A stretch of 60,617 nucleotides of DNA, filler included. It is 5 parts of 5 records of this genome, joined end to end, with 100 filler letters (N's around TTAATTAATTAA, not from the genome) between each part and the next. Parts side by side here need not be neighbours in the genome. Positions count along the whole stretch, not along the records: positions 1 to 11,584 come from DRR723986_7667; 4 more parts are not named here. The stretch is one strand, 5' to 3'. How positions within the stretch are numbered: position 1 is the first letter of the stretch; each line of letters opens with the position of its first letter. The translations under genes were made by a program, and so were the position numbers. Of the stretch, positions 1-9,259 are shown one piece after another. The notes under the pieces are model-generated. The model had not been told where the DNA came from. It saw nothing but the letters and a program-made list of their open reading frames with translations, and ran no database searches.

Positions 1-179
1 GATTTCACACAGGAGTCCGTCCAAAATTTTTATATTCCCGTTAAACCACAATTACCGCCCGTTCAACATTAAATACTCCCCAAAATTGGTTAATGCGAAC
101 GCTCCAAACTTTCAAACGTAGAAAAAATCTGTAAAATTTTTATCTCACCACAAAAATAATAGCGAACCGAAATCAAGAC

Positions 180-231
180 TCCAAACCGAACCGCCAAACC
201 GAATCGCCAACCCGAACAGCCAAATCGAACG
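180..231. repeat. Imperfect 13-bp tandem repeat x4 (consensus GCCAAACCGAACC)
   Basis: Units tccaaaccgaacc, gccaaaccgaatc, gccaacccgaaca, gccaaatcgaacg read directly. Confidence 0.8.
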
Positions 232-360
232 GGATGAAATGAGAGTTTTTGGTTGCAAAAATCTGTCAGCTGTCAAGTTGTTAACTGCTAGAATGGGACT
301 CTGTGGCAAATGTGACTTTGAAGTACAGGTCACACTTCGCATCGAGGCGGTTCTGGACCG

Positions 361-514
361 GTGGCCCCACAGCCTAGATCCTGGAGCGGCGGATTCAGGG
401 TGCCGCTTGCAGAGCGGCGGTCCTACAGCAGTGGCCCCACAGCCTGGGTTCAGGAGCGGCGGTATCAGGTTTCCGGTTGCAGAGCGGTGGTCCTGTAGCG
501 GTGGTCCTGTAGCG
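361..514. repeat. Imperfect 70-bp tandem duplication plus an extra 14-bp subunit
   Basis: 361-430 and 431-500 both start GTGGCCCCACAGCCT and end TTGCAGAGCGGYGGTCCT...; GTGGTCCTGTAGCG is repeated at 487-514. Confidence 0.85.
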
Positions 515-890
515 GCGGTTCCACAACAACGAGCCCAGAGCGAAAACTACCAGGCACAATTCACAAGTTGCAAGCTTGACAGCCTAAGCTCAAAACAGGA
601 GACAAAACACTCAATCGTGGTATTCATTAACTCCTGATTGAATCGCAATGTGCCTCTGAGACTGGAAGGTAGTTCACTAATACGGCAGAGTGACCCCGCA
701 GTTCAGGTCTTAATGTGTTAACACTTTGTCGTTGGATTTCTGGGCTTGGAGTGTTGTTGCTATATCACTGTTAACAGAATCCTGGCCCCGGCGTGAATGC
801 ATCACAAATCTTCAGGTATGGCGACTCAAAGACTTGTGACAGTATCAACTACTTCCAGTTTTGGGCGGTGCGATTAACATAAAGAAAAAG

Positions 891-945
891 CAAGCCACTG
901 AACGGAGAGAAGGGGCGAAGCACTCAAAATGTTCATGCCAAGACA
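891..945 (+). repeat. Dispersed structured repeat family R1, copy A
   Basis: CAAGCC...GGCGAAGCACTCAA, matching copies at 9020-9056, 23071-23150 and 51012-51055. Confidence 0.7.
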
Positions 946-1025
946 TAAATTGCAGTGTAGCGTGACACCGAATTGTTAACATTAACGTGAACCTGAGTTG
1001 AGTTAAACAGCTGATGGCCGGCCGA

Positions 1026-2234
1026 TTACGCGCCATCCTTAAACACATAAACCGCACCCAGAATGGGGTCGCTGGATGCGTGACTGATAAGCCGTTCGAT
1101 ATTTTTTGCCGTACAAGTTGCACCCGCCGGCATAAGCTTTAATCCGGCATTAGTGACGATATCCCGTGCGATGCGCATGCCTTCCTTTAACTCGTAAATC
1201 TTGAGTGCGCGCGCATTCTTGGCCATCGTTTCCGTAGAAGTGGTCCAAAGGTACTCGTCAAGTAGAGTCGTGAAGCGCGGGTCAAATACGTGGTTGTCCT
1301 GGCGCTTAACAGCCTCCAATGCGTCAATCGGATTTAATTTGAGGACGTCGCGGTAGTTAACATAATCGAGTACAACACGAATTATTCGCGATTGCAGGGG
1401 AATCTCGTAGAGTTTAAGTTGTTCAGGAAAGCCCGAGCCGTCATAATTTTCGTAAATGTGAGAGATTATTCTGGAGGCATTCGAAAGGCGCGTAGAAGGC
1501 TCAAGCATCCGAGCCGCAAAAATCGGCACCTGACGCATTAACTCATGCGTAGCCTTGCCTTCCAATACCACTGGCTGGTTAATCAGATTGTCCGGCAAAA
1601 CCAGTTTGCCGAGCATACACAAACTGGCGGCCAAACGCGTATCCTCAACCTCGCGGTCATTTAAGTCCTCAAACGCGCGCGCGATCCAGACGGAGGCTTG
1701 AATAACGCGCTGCTGCGTGGCCTGCGAATCCGGTATACGGCAGTGAACCATGTTAATCGCAACGGAAAGCAACTCCTTCAAATCGCCATGCATCTGCTCC
1801 GTTAAACGGCGCACACGTCGGCGCTCTGAGTTAACCTGATTGTGCAAACGAACGATCCTGGCAGCGGCCTGAACACGCGAAAGTAGATCATCCGGTGAGG
1901 CGGGAGTCGAAAGAAAATCGTCAGCGCCATGTGCCAAAGCCTGAACGCTCTCATCCGAATTTTCCTCGTCAATTAACATAATGACGTAGATATCGTTGAG
2001 GACATCCGACTCCTTGATATCCGTGCAGATTGACAAGCCATCATGCTCATCACAATGCATGTCCACCAGCAGAATAGAAGGTTGGTCGCTTGCCAGCGAT
2101 TCCACAAAATTCGAACTCTTAGTCTCAGTTGAAACCTTGGAGCCGGGGAAGAGGCGGCGCAATAGCGATTGAATATTTTTGGCCGTTTCGGCCTCGCGAT
2201 GTAGAACTACGATGGAAATTTGGTCGTACGACAT
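1026..2234 (-). CDS. Response regulator-like protein, REC plus degenerate HD-GYP domain
   Basis: N-terminal REC fold (LLVDMH, ALAHGADDFL); HD-GYP-like region HIYENYDGSGFP...EIPLQSRII...FDP; the HD position reads LCMLGK. Confidence 0.8.
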   Translation of the reverse strand: MSYDQISIVVLHREAETAKNIQSLLRRLFPGSKVSTETKSSNFVESLASDQPSILLVDMHCDEHDGLSICTDIKESDVLNDIYVIMLIDEENSDESVQALAHGADDFLSTPASPDDLLSRVQAAARIVRLHNQVNSERRRVRRLTEQMHGDLKELLSVAINMVHCRIPDSQATQQRVIQASVWIARAFEDLNDREVEDTRLAASLCMLGKLVLPDNLINQPVVLEGKATHELMRQVPIFAARMLEPSTRLSNASRIISHIYENYDGSGFPEQLKLYEIPLQSRIIRVVLDYVNYRDVLKLNPIDALEAVKRQDNHVFDPRFTTLLDEYLWTTSTETMAKNARALKIYELKEGMRIARDIVTNAGLKLMPAGATCTAKNIERLISHASSDPILGAVYVFKDGA

Positions 2235-2246
2235 AGAGGTCTCGCG

Positions 2247-3152
2247 CTATTCGGAAAGTTCATCAGTCGTCATTGCAGCGACCAGGATTGAGATTCGACG
2301 ATTGGAAGGGTCGAAAGGGTTGTTGGGTGTGCGTGGCTCTTTATCGGCAAAACCAACGACTTTGTGAATCTGGTAGCCCAGGCCGCGTTTTTCAAGATAC
2401 ATGCGTGCTGCATTGGCACGATCAGCCGAAAGTTCCCAGTTGGTGTATCCGGTGCCGGCGCCAAATCCACGTGAATCAGTGTGGCCTTCCAGGTGCACGG
2501 TATTGGGCACGCGAATTAGCTCATCTGCCAGCAAATCCAGCACGGCTTTAGCTTCGACGGTTAATCGCGCGCTGCCAAGCTCAAAAAAGACCGATTCACT
2601 GGTTTCGAGAAGCTCTATTCGCAAACCTTCGTCTGTGAGTGTGACCTCTACAGATTTCATCAGATCTTGAAAACCTGGCTTCTGTTTAAGGGATTCTTCC
2701 AACTTTTGCAGAATTTCCTGTTCTTTGTCCACGAGAACTTTCATGAAGGCGACACTATCTGCTACAGCGGCACTGTCCTTGATTTCGGTCATGAAGACCA
2801 TGCGCTGTTCGGGACTCAAATTTTTGAAGTCCTCGCTCATTTCCTTGGGACCGGGATCGAACTTGCTGCCTTGGCCTTTTTTGTATTCGTACGTGGCGGG
2901 CGCATTGTTGAGCATGTCAATTGGCAAACGTTTGCCAGTTTCAAAGTCAAAAACACCAGGTTCGTTGATAAAACTGGCGATACGCTGTTTGGTATCGTCA
3001 TTGAGCCCCAGAATCCACATCACCAGGAAGAAGGCCATCATGGCCGTCACAAAGTCAGCATAGGCCACTTTCCAGGCACCGCCATGGTGGCCGTGGCCGC
3101 CGCCTTTTTTGATCTTCTTGATGATTATCGGCTGTTCACTTTTTTCCGACAT
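2247..3152 (-). CDS. motB: Flagellar-type stator protein MotB
   Basis: GGAWKVAYADFVTAMMAFFLVMW TM motif with the conserved Asp; OmpA-like domain EGHTD...NWELSADRA...NRRISI. Confidence 0.95.
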   Translation of the reverse strand: MSEKSEQPIIIKKIKKGGGHGHHGGAWKVAYADFVTAMMAFFLVMWILGLNDDTKQRIASFINEPGVFDFETGKRLPIDMLNNAPATYEYKKGQGSKFDPGPKEMSEDFKNLSPEQRMVFMTEIKDSAAVADSVAFMKVLVDKEQEILQKLEESLKQKPGFQDLMKSVEVTLTDEGLRIELLETSESVFFELGSARLTVEAKAVLDLLADELIRVPNTVHLEGHTDSRGFGAGTGYTNWELSADRANAARMYLEKRGLGYQIHKVVGFADKEPRTPNNPFDPSNRRISILVAAMTTDELSE

Positions 3153-3204
3153 GGCAGATTCCGCAGATTACATTTGAAGAGCCATTTGAATACTGGTATT
3201 AGGA

Positions 3205-4059
3205 TTAACGTGCCTGTTTTACGGCTTCCTCGGTTTCAGCGAAACTAGGACGAAAGTCTGGTGGAATCGCGCGGCGCGCATATTCTACGGCAACAATCGG
3301 CGGCGCACCTTTGACGAAGGAGATAATACCGGCTTTAATGGCCGACATGTATTTACCACCCGAATCAATGTTCTCTTCCATACTTTTCACAACCGGACCA
3401 ACAAAACCATAGGCAAGCAAGATACCGAGGAAGGTACCTACAAGCGCCGCCGAAACACTGTGACCAATAACTTCGGCAGGCTGGTCAATCTTACCCATCG
3501 TAATGATAACTCCAAGCACGGCAGCCACAATCCCAATACCCGGGAAGGCATCACTGACTGTGTTTAAGGCTGTTGGCGCTTTGTGTTCTTCGTGATGCAT
3601 GGTTTCCAAATCAAGTTCCATCATGTCTTCCAGATCATGATTGGCAACCCCGCCATTCAACACTACTTTTAGCGTGTCACAGAAGAAATCAACTGCATGG
3701 TGATTTTTCAGAAAGGTGTCGTACTTCGAAAAGATTGAACTCGATTCCGGATTTTCGATGTGTTGTTCCAATCCAATCAGACCTTCTTTCTTGGCCAATT
3801 GGAACGTCTCGTACATCAAACGCAGCAGATCCAGATACACCTCCTTGCTCATTCCACTGCCTTTAAGCGTCCCCAGGACGCCGGCAATTGTGGCTTTCAT
3901 GATTGAAGGCGTGTTTGCGGTAATAAACGTACCGATTGCAGCACCGCCAATGATAATGAACTCGCTTATCTGAATCAGAATCATGACATTGCCACCGTGC
4001 ATCATATATCCGCCCATGACGGATGCAAACACGATGACAGATCCAACTATTACGAACAT
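3205..4059 (-). CDS. motA: Flagellar-type stator protein MotA
   Basis: TM1 VMGGYMMHGG, KEGLIGLEQHIENP, FPGIGIVAAVLGVIITM, ALVGTFLGILLAYG, AVEYARRAIP; directly upstream of motB. Confidence 0.95.
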   Translation of the reverse strand: MFVIVGSVIVFASVMGGYMMHGGNVMILIQISEFIIIGGAAIGTFITANTPSIMKATIAGVLGTLKGSGMSKEVYLDLLRLMYETFQLAKKEGLIGLEQHIENPESSSIFSKYDTFLKNHHAVDFFCDTLKVVLNGGVANHDLEDMMELDLETMHHEEHKAPTALNTVSDAFPGIGIVAAVLGVIITMGKIDQPAEVIGHSVSAALVGTFLGILLAYGFVGPVVKSMEENIDSGGKYMSAIKAGIISFVKGAPPIVAVEYARRAIPPDFRPSFAETEEAVKQAR

Positions 4060-4367
4060 AGGCTATACGTATTCTGGAAGTGAGGTATCCCTGCGATGTA
4101 AGCGTGCTTACATCAAATATTCCCAACTATGAATCGTGAAATTAGTCAATTCTGGTTCTATTTTACAATTAGGCCAACACCCTTTCTTTCGATTGTCGTC
4201 CATTCAGCGCCAATCTTGACTCAATACATTCCTGAAGACGCAGGCTGCCATGCTGTATCGGCAGCGTTCCAGAAGCAATTTCCAGTGTTACAACACAGGC
4301 ACCGGAAAGAGCAACTCATGAACAATCATCTATCTTTCGTTCCCCAATTTTTCGGAGTCTGCGACCC

Positions 4368-4814
4368 ATGTTGTACGTTACACGCAAATGTACGTTCTCC
4401 GCGTCACATCGCCTGTACAATCCTGAATTCGACAATGCTCGCAATGATGAAGTGTTCGACAAGTGTAACAACGTGCACGGGCACAATTACACGCTGGAAG
4501 TGACGGTTGCCGGTTTGCCGGACGCCGCTACAGGATATGTGATCGACCTCAAAATTCTCAAGAAGATTATGGATCGCGAAGTTGTTGACAAAGTAGATCA
4601 TCAACACCTTAACGATGTGGAATTTCTGCGTGGGTACATTCCCACAGCCGAAAATTTAGCAGTTGTTTTCTGGCAGGTGCTCGATAAGCACATCAATGAG
4701 GGCAACCTGCATATGATTAAACTTTTTGAATCAGACAACAACTTCGTTGAGTATCGCGGTGAGCCGGTGATTCTGCATCGCTTCAAACACGCCTTAGATG
4801 CGGAGGTTGTTTGA
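4368..4814 (+). CDS. queD: 6-carboxytetrahydropterin synthase / 6-pyruvoyl-tetrahydropterin synthase family
   Basis: FSASHRL, CNNVHGHNY, DHQHLN, PTAENLA and LFES motifs. Confidence 0.85.
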   Translation: MLYVTRKCTFSASHRLYNPEFDNARNDEVFDKCNNVHGHNYTLEVTVAGLPDAATGYVIDLKILKKIMDREVVDKVDHQHLNDVEFLRGYIPTAENLAVVFWQVLDKHINEGNLHMIKLFESDNNFVEYRGEPVILHRFKHALDAEVV

Positions 4815-5641
4815 GTAAAGACAATACTTCAAACTCAGCTGAACGTGGCGAAGCTGCCGGTGAAAGCGCTAAAGTGCACCCGCCGAATAGCAACGGCAAT
4901 TCGCATGCCGCAGATGAAAACCTGCAGGCGCCGATAGCGTATTCGCTGTGTGATGATGAAGATGACCATGCGCTTGCCGCGATTCAACATCCGGACCTTT
5001 TTCCGCGCATCAATGCCGCGGGCAAAGGCCTGTTTGACGCCAACGGCAATCAGTCTATCAGTCTTGAAGAGCGCGAGGAAATGATGGCGCAGGCCGAGAA
5101 TAAGTTCGCTGAACTGTTCGACATCCTGCGCATTGACCGCAACGATCCGAATGCTGCCGACACGCCCAGACGCCTCGCCAAAATGTGGGTGACTGAGCTG
5201 TTCCGCGGCCGTTTTCAGGATCCGCCGGTCAACACGGTTTTTCCAAATCGCAAGCGTGTTAACGAGCTGATTATCACCAAGGGAATTCAGGTGATGTCGG
5301 TCTGTTCGCATCACTGGCAGCCAATCAGCGGCGTCTGCCACATTGGTTATATCCCCGGCGATTCGATTTTGGGCCTCTCAAAATTCACGCGTATTGTCGA
5401 TTGGATTGCACGCCGTGGCCAGATCCAGGAAGAACTCGGTGAACAAGTTGCCGACTACCTGGAAAAACTACTCAAACCGCGCGCCCTTGGCGTGATTATC
5501 TCTGCGCGTCACTATTGTATGATAGCGCGTGGGGTCTCCGGCGACGAGGACAAATCCATCACCGTTACTTCAGTAATGCGTGGTTTGTTGTTACGTGATC
5601 TCAATTTGCGCAACGAATTCCTCAGGCTCATCGGCGACTGA
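4811..5641 (+). CDS. folE: GTP cyclohydrolase I (type IA) with N-terminal extension
   Basis: DTPRRLAKMW, SVCSHHW, GLSKFTR, RRGQIQEE, HYCMIARGV; TTG start overlaps the queD stop, so the start is uncertain. Confidence 0.9.
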   Translation: MSKDNTSNSAERGEAAGESAKVHPPNSNGNSHAADENLQAPIAYSLCDDEDDHALAAIQHPDLFPRINAAGKGLFDANGNQSISLEEREEMMAQAENKFAELFDILRIDRNDPNAADTPRRLAKMWVTELFRGRFQDPPVNTVFPNRKRVNELIITKGIQVMSVCSHHWQPISGVCHIGYIPGDSILGLSKFTRIVDWIARRGQIQEELGEQVADYLEKLLKPRALGVIISARHYCMIARGVSGDEDKSITVTSVMRGLLLRDLNLRNEFLRLIGD

Positions 5642-5725
5642 CCTTTGGCTGTTTCTAAGCCTGCAGGTCGTCATCTCGGGCGATCGTCATCTCAGGTAAA
5701 ATTTTCAGTCTTCAACGACTGTAGC

Positions 5726-5760
5726 AGCGCAATGCCCACAAAGCATTGCGCTTTTTTTTT
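5726..5760 (+). terminator. Rho-independent terminator after queD-folE
   Basis: AGCGCAATGC-ccacaaa-GCATTGCGCT stem followed by a T run. Confidence 0.8.
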
Positions 5761-5816
5761 AGCAGTGGCCATCTTGTTTTGCCATCTTGTTTTACCTTCT
5801 TGTTTTAAATTGAGGC

Positions 5817-6548
5817 TCAGGCTAGAGGCCCCTCAGAGTCGCTCACGGCAGGTGTGACACGCCGCACGCCGTCACTGGCGGCCAAGAGCAATTCATCGGC
5901 CAGGGCAATGAAGAGTCCATGCTCCACGATGCCGGCGCGGCCGTCCAGCGTCGCTGCCAGGTCCAATGGATCGGCAATTGCACCGAACTGACAGTCCAAA
6001 ATCACATTGCCATTATCCGTGTACGCCAGATCACCATTGTTATGTACACGTGTCACGACTTCGGCTCCCAGTTCTGTCAGGAATACCCGTTCGGCACCGA
6101 TTGCAAAGGGCAGTACTTCCACCGGCAGCGCAAAACCCGCTCCCAGGTGTTTAACGTACTTGCTTTCGTCGGCGATGACAATAAATCGTTTGCAGTTCTG
6201 TGCCAGAACTTTTTCGCGCAATAGCGCGCCGCCGCCACCTTTGATTGCATCCAGATTGGCGTCGATTTCGTCGGCACCGTCGATATAGAGGTCCTGCCGC
6301 GGATGTGCGTTGAGGTTGGAGAGGGGAATCCCGAGCTGCAGCGCCAGGTCTTCAGTCTGTTGTGAACTGGGGATGCCGACGACGTCTTTGAGCTCACCGG
6401 CTTTGAGTCTGCGTCCGACTTCTTCCAGCGCAAAGCGCACTGTGCTGCCGGTGCCCAGGCCCACGACCATGCCTGAAGTAATTTCTGCTGCGGCGCGCAC
6501 GCCGGCAGCTTTTTTGAGTTCATCCTGTGCTGAGAGCTGGCTGGACAT
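5817..6548 (-). CDS. rpiA: Ribose-5-phosphate isomerase A
   Basis: GLGTGST, DGADE, KGGGGALLREK, TDNGN and VEHGLF motifs. Confidence 0.97.
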   Translation of the reverse strand: MSSQLSAQDELKKAAGVRAAAEITSGMVVGLGTGSTVRFALEEVGRRLKAGELKDVVGIPSSQQTEDLALQLGIPLSNLNAHPRQDLYIDGADEIDANLDAIKGGGGALLREKVLAQNCKRFIVIADESKYVKHLGAGFALPVEVLPFAIGAERVFLTELGAEVVTRVHNNGDLAYTDNGNVILDCQFGAIADPLDLAATLDGRAGIVEHGLFIALADELLLAASDGVRRVTPAVSDSEGPLA

Positions 6549-6680
6549 AGATTCCCCGTAAAACTTTAGGCAGTTGTTGAGACATGCAAATCAAGTTCTC
6601 GACCCAAGACTTTGAGAACTGATCGCGATTCCAGCTGCAAAAATAGGAAACTCGTAGCTCTTGAGGCTACAGCGATGGTC

Positions 6681-7241
6681 TCAAGACTCAACTTCCAGAA
6701 ACTCAGGCGCTACACTTTCAACCAGCCAGACGCCATTCTCAGACAGAAAAAAGGGAATGCCCTGATCCGCCATTCGCTGCGCCGCAACCACAAGCAGCAC
6801 AAGTTTGCCATGCCGCACACCAACCTTCATCGCCGTTTCGCGCTCAGCCGAAAGATGCACGTGATGGCGCCGGCCTTTTATCAGCCCTATGCGCATGATC
6901 GGCTCCAGGAAACGTTCTGCGGTTCCGTGGTACAGGATTTCCGGCGGGGCAGCTTGATTGAACTGCAAATCCAAATTCAGCGAGTGTCCCTGTGCTGCGC
7001 GAATTTGTGACGCGTCATCACTCAGTATAAACCGTTTTTTATCGCTGCTTGCCACCACATCCTTGATGAGTTCCGCTGTGAGATCCACGCCATGCTGCGC
7101 GGCTTTGGCGATTAGCTCGTCGGTGCCTGCCCATCCTTGGTCGTCCAATTCCAGACCAATTGTATCGGGTTTATGCCGTAGAATCAGGCTCAAAAACTTG
7201 CTGGTTTTTACGTGATTTGAGGAAGCCATGTTGATTGCCAT
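6681..7241 (-). CDS. kptA: RNA 2'-phosphotransferase (Tpt1/KptA family)
   Basis: SKFLSLILRH, DKKRF, IRAAQGHS, LYHGT, RHHVHLS and SENGVWL motifs. Confidence 0.93.
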   Translation of the reverse strand: MAINMASSNHVKTSKFLSLILRHKPDTIGLELDDQGWAGTDELIAKAAQHGVDLTAELIKDVVASSDKKRFILSDDASQIRAAQGHSLNLDLQFNQAAPPEILYHGTAERFLEPIMRIGLIKGRRHHVHLSAERETAMKVGVRHGKLVLLVVAAQRMADQGIPFFLSENGVWLVESVAPEFLEVES

Positions 7242-7374
7242 TCTTCTGGTTGTGAGTACTTGTCGGGTGGGGGGAAATGCAAGTTAAGGTGCTGTGAATC
7301 GATACGCAATTGGAGGCGCGAATTGCGTGTAATAAAAGGCTCAGAAATCTGAGAAATAATTTCCAAAAAAATGC

Positions 7375-7399
7375 GGATCCAGCCCTTAGGGCTGGATCC
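7375..7399. repeat. REP-like perfect hairpin, family R2, copy A
   Basis: GGATCCAGCCC-TTA-GGGCTGGATCC; related to 45062-45086. Confidence 0.75.
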
Positions 7400-7693
7400 T
7401 GCTCTTGATTTCTTCCTCCTCAAATCTCTGACCGATTTCCCCGAATCTAAAACCCCTGACTCCCAATTTCTCCCCGCTCAGCCCAAATGCCTTGATTTTA
7501 TCCCAAAGCCAAAATTCCCGCAGAATGCCGATCAATTGCCATTTTGTTAAACAACAAATTCCAAACCTTTCGCACAAATTTTGCGGCAAATACGCGCGTC
7601 CAGGCCGGATTTATTGCGTAATTTGCAGCTTCTCCGTCAGAGACAAACAAGCCAGTTCTGCGAGTATCTGAGAAGTCAAAAAGAGCCCGAAAT

Positions 7694-8980
7694 ATGCAAT
7701 TCCTAAGCGCTGAAGAAGCCGTAGCGTGCATCGAGTCAAACAACAAGGTATTTATCCACAGCGTCGCCGCCGCGCCGCAGCATCTTATCAATGCAATGAT
7801 CGGCCGCGCGCCCGAACTGCGCAACGTCGATATTTACCAGGTGCACACCGAAGGGCCCGCGCACTATGCCGATCACAAGTACCGCGCCAGTTTTAACACC
7901 AAGGCCTTTTTTGTGGGAGCCAACCTCCGCCAGGCCGTTGCCGCGGGTGATGCCGACTACATCCCCATGTTCCTGAGTGCCATTCCGGCCCTCTTCCGCG
8001 ATGGTCACATCCCGCTCGATGTTGCTCTGATTCAGGTCTCTCCGCCCGACCGCCACGGATTTTGCTCGCTGGGTGTCAGCGTTGACATCGCCCGCGCCGC
8101 AATCGATGAAGCCAAAATTGTAGTGGCGCAGATAAACCCACACATGCCGCGCAGCCACGGCGATGGAATTATTTCAACCAGGGAAATCAACTTCGCCGTT
8201 GAAATCAACGAAGCACTGCCCGAATTGCCACGGCCGCGCCTGAGCGATGTTGAGCTGCAAATCGGTAAACACGTTGCCGAACTCGTTGAAGATGGCGCTA
8301 CGCTGCAAATGGGAATCGGTGCCATTCCGGATGCCGTCCTCAGCGCACTGCATCAGCATGCAGATCTGGGAATTCACACGGAAATGTTCTCTGACGGACT
8401 GATTGATCTGGTCGAATCCGGCGTCGTCACAGGCAAGTACAAAACGGTGTACCCCGAGCGAATTGTGAGCGGATTTGTGATGGGAAGCCGCCGCGTCTAC
8501 GATTTTATTGACGATAATCCGCAGGTGGCGCTGCTCGATATTGCTTTTGTCAACAACACGAGTATAATTTGCCGCAACCCCAAAGTCACCGCCATTAACA
8601 GTGCCATCGAAGTCGATATTACAGGTCAGGTCTGTGCCGATTCGATTGGCATGCGTCAGTATTCTGGTGTTGGTGGCCAGATGGATTTCATTCGCGGCGC
8701 GGCGCGTTCACAGGGCGGAAAACCGATTATCGCGCTGCCGTCAGCTACGCGCAGGGGCGAGTCCCGCATCGTGCCATTTCTTAAACCCGGTGCCGGTGTT
8801 GTGACCACCAGGGCGCATGTCCACTATGTTGTTACCGAATATGGCGCTGCAAATCTCTACGGCAAAACTCTGCGCGAGCGGGCACATGCACTGATAGAAA
8901 TCGCACACCCAGACCATCGCGAAACACTAAGTGCGGCGGTTCACGAGCGCTTTTTTGGCAGCCATGTATTACAATCTTAA
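7694..8980 (+). CDS. Acetyl-CoA hydrolase/transferase (4-hydroxybutyrate CoA-transferase-like)
   Basis: VSPPDRHGFCSLG, LQMGIGAIP, LGIHTEM, SGVGGQMDF and VVTEYG motifs. Confidence 0.92.
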   Translation: MQFLSAEEAVACIESNNKVFIHSVAAAPQHLINAMIGRAPELRNVDIYQVHTEGPAHYADHKYRASFNTKAFFVGANLRQAVAAGDADYIPMFLSAIPALFRDGHIPLDVALIQVSPPDRHGFCSLGVSVDIARAAIDEAKIVVAQINPHMPRSHGDGIISTREINFAVEINEALPELPRPRLSDVELQIGKHVAELVEDGATLQMGIGAIPDAVLSALHQHADLGIHTEMFSDGLIDLVESGVVTGKYKTVYPERIVSGFVMGSRRVYDFIDDNPQVALLDIAFVNNTSIICRNPKVTAINSAIEVDITGQVCADSIGMRQYSGVGGQMDFIRGAARSQGGKPIIALPSATRRGESRIVPFLKPGAGVVTTRAHVHYVVTEYGAANLYGKTLRERAHALIEIAHPDHRETLSAAVHERFFGSHVLQS

Positions 8981-9004
8981 AATGTTGGTCTGGCTGGGCT
9001 AACG

Positions 9005-9056
9005 TGCCTGACATGAATTCTTGAGCGCTTCGCCTCTCGCTCCGCTCTTGGGCTTG
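9005..9056 (-). repeat. Dispersed structured repeat family R1, copy B
   Basis: Reverse strand reads CAAGCCcaagagcggagcgagaGGCGAAGCGCTCAAGaattcatgtcaggca. Confidence 0.75.
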
Positions 9057-9259
9057 CTGGTTTCTTTTTGTTAGTCTCCGTGCCGGACTGCGGCAGCATC
9101 TGCGCCTGTACTTTAGCCGGACGCAGGGGAGCCCGGCTCCGGCAACAGTGCAAAACAAAAAACTCAAAAGAGGGTGAAAGCGCTTGGTGCCACCCGCTCA
9201 AGTTAACTTCCTGAGTGCATCATTTCGCCAGAAGTGACGGTGCTGCTATATTTGTGGCG

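Noticed and set aside
239-1123. Short ORFs at 239-637 and 845-1123, and similar ones at 22839-23073 and 44788-45142
   Set aside because: They are translations of repeats or low-complexity intergenic DNA with no recognisable domain.
2247-4059. Zorya ZorAB anti-phage motor
   Set aside because: MotA is 284 aa with no long ZorA tail, the motifs are flagellar-type, and no zorC/D/E genes are present.
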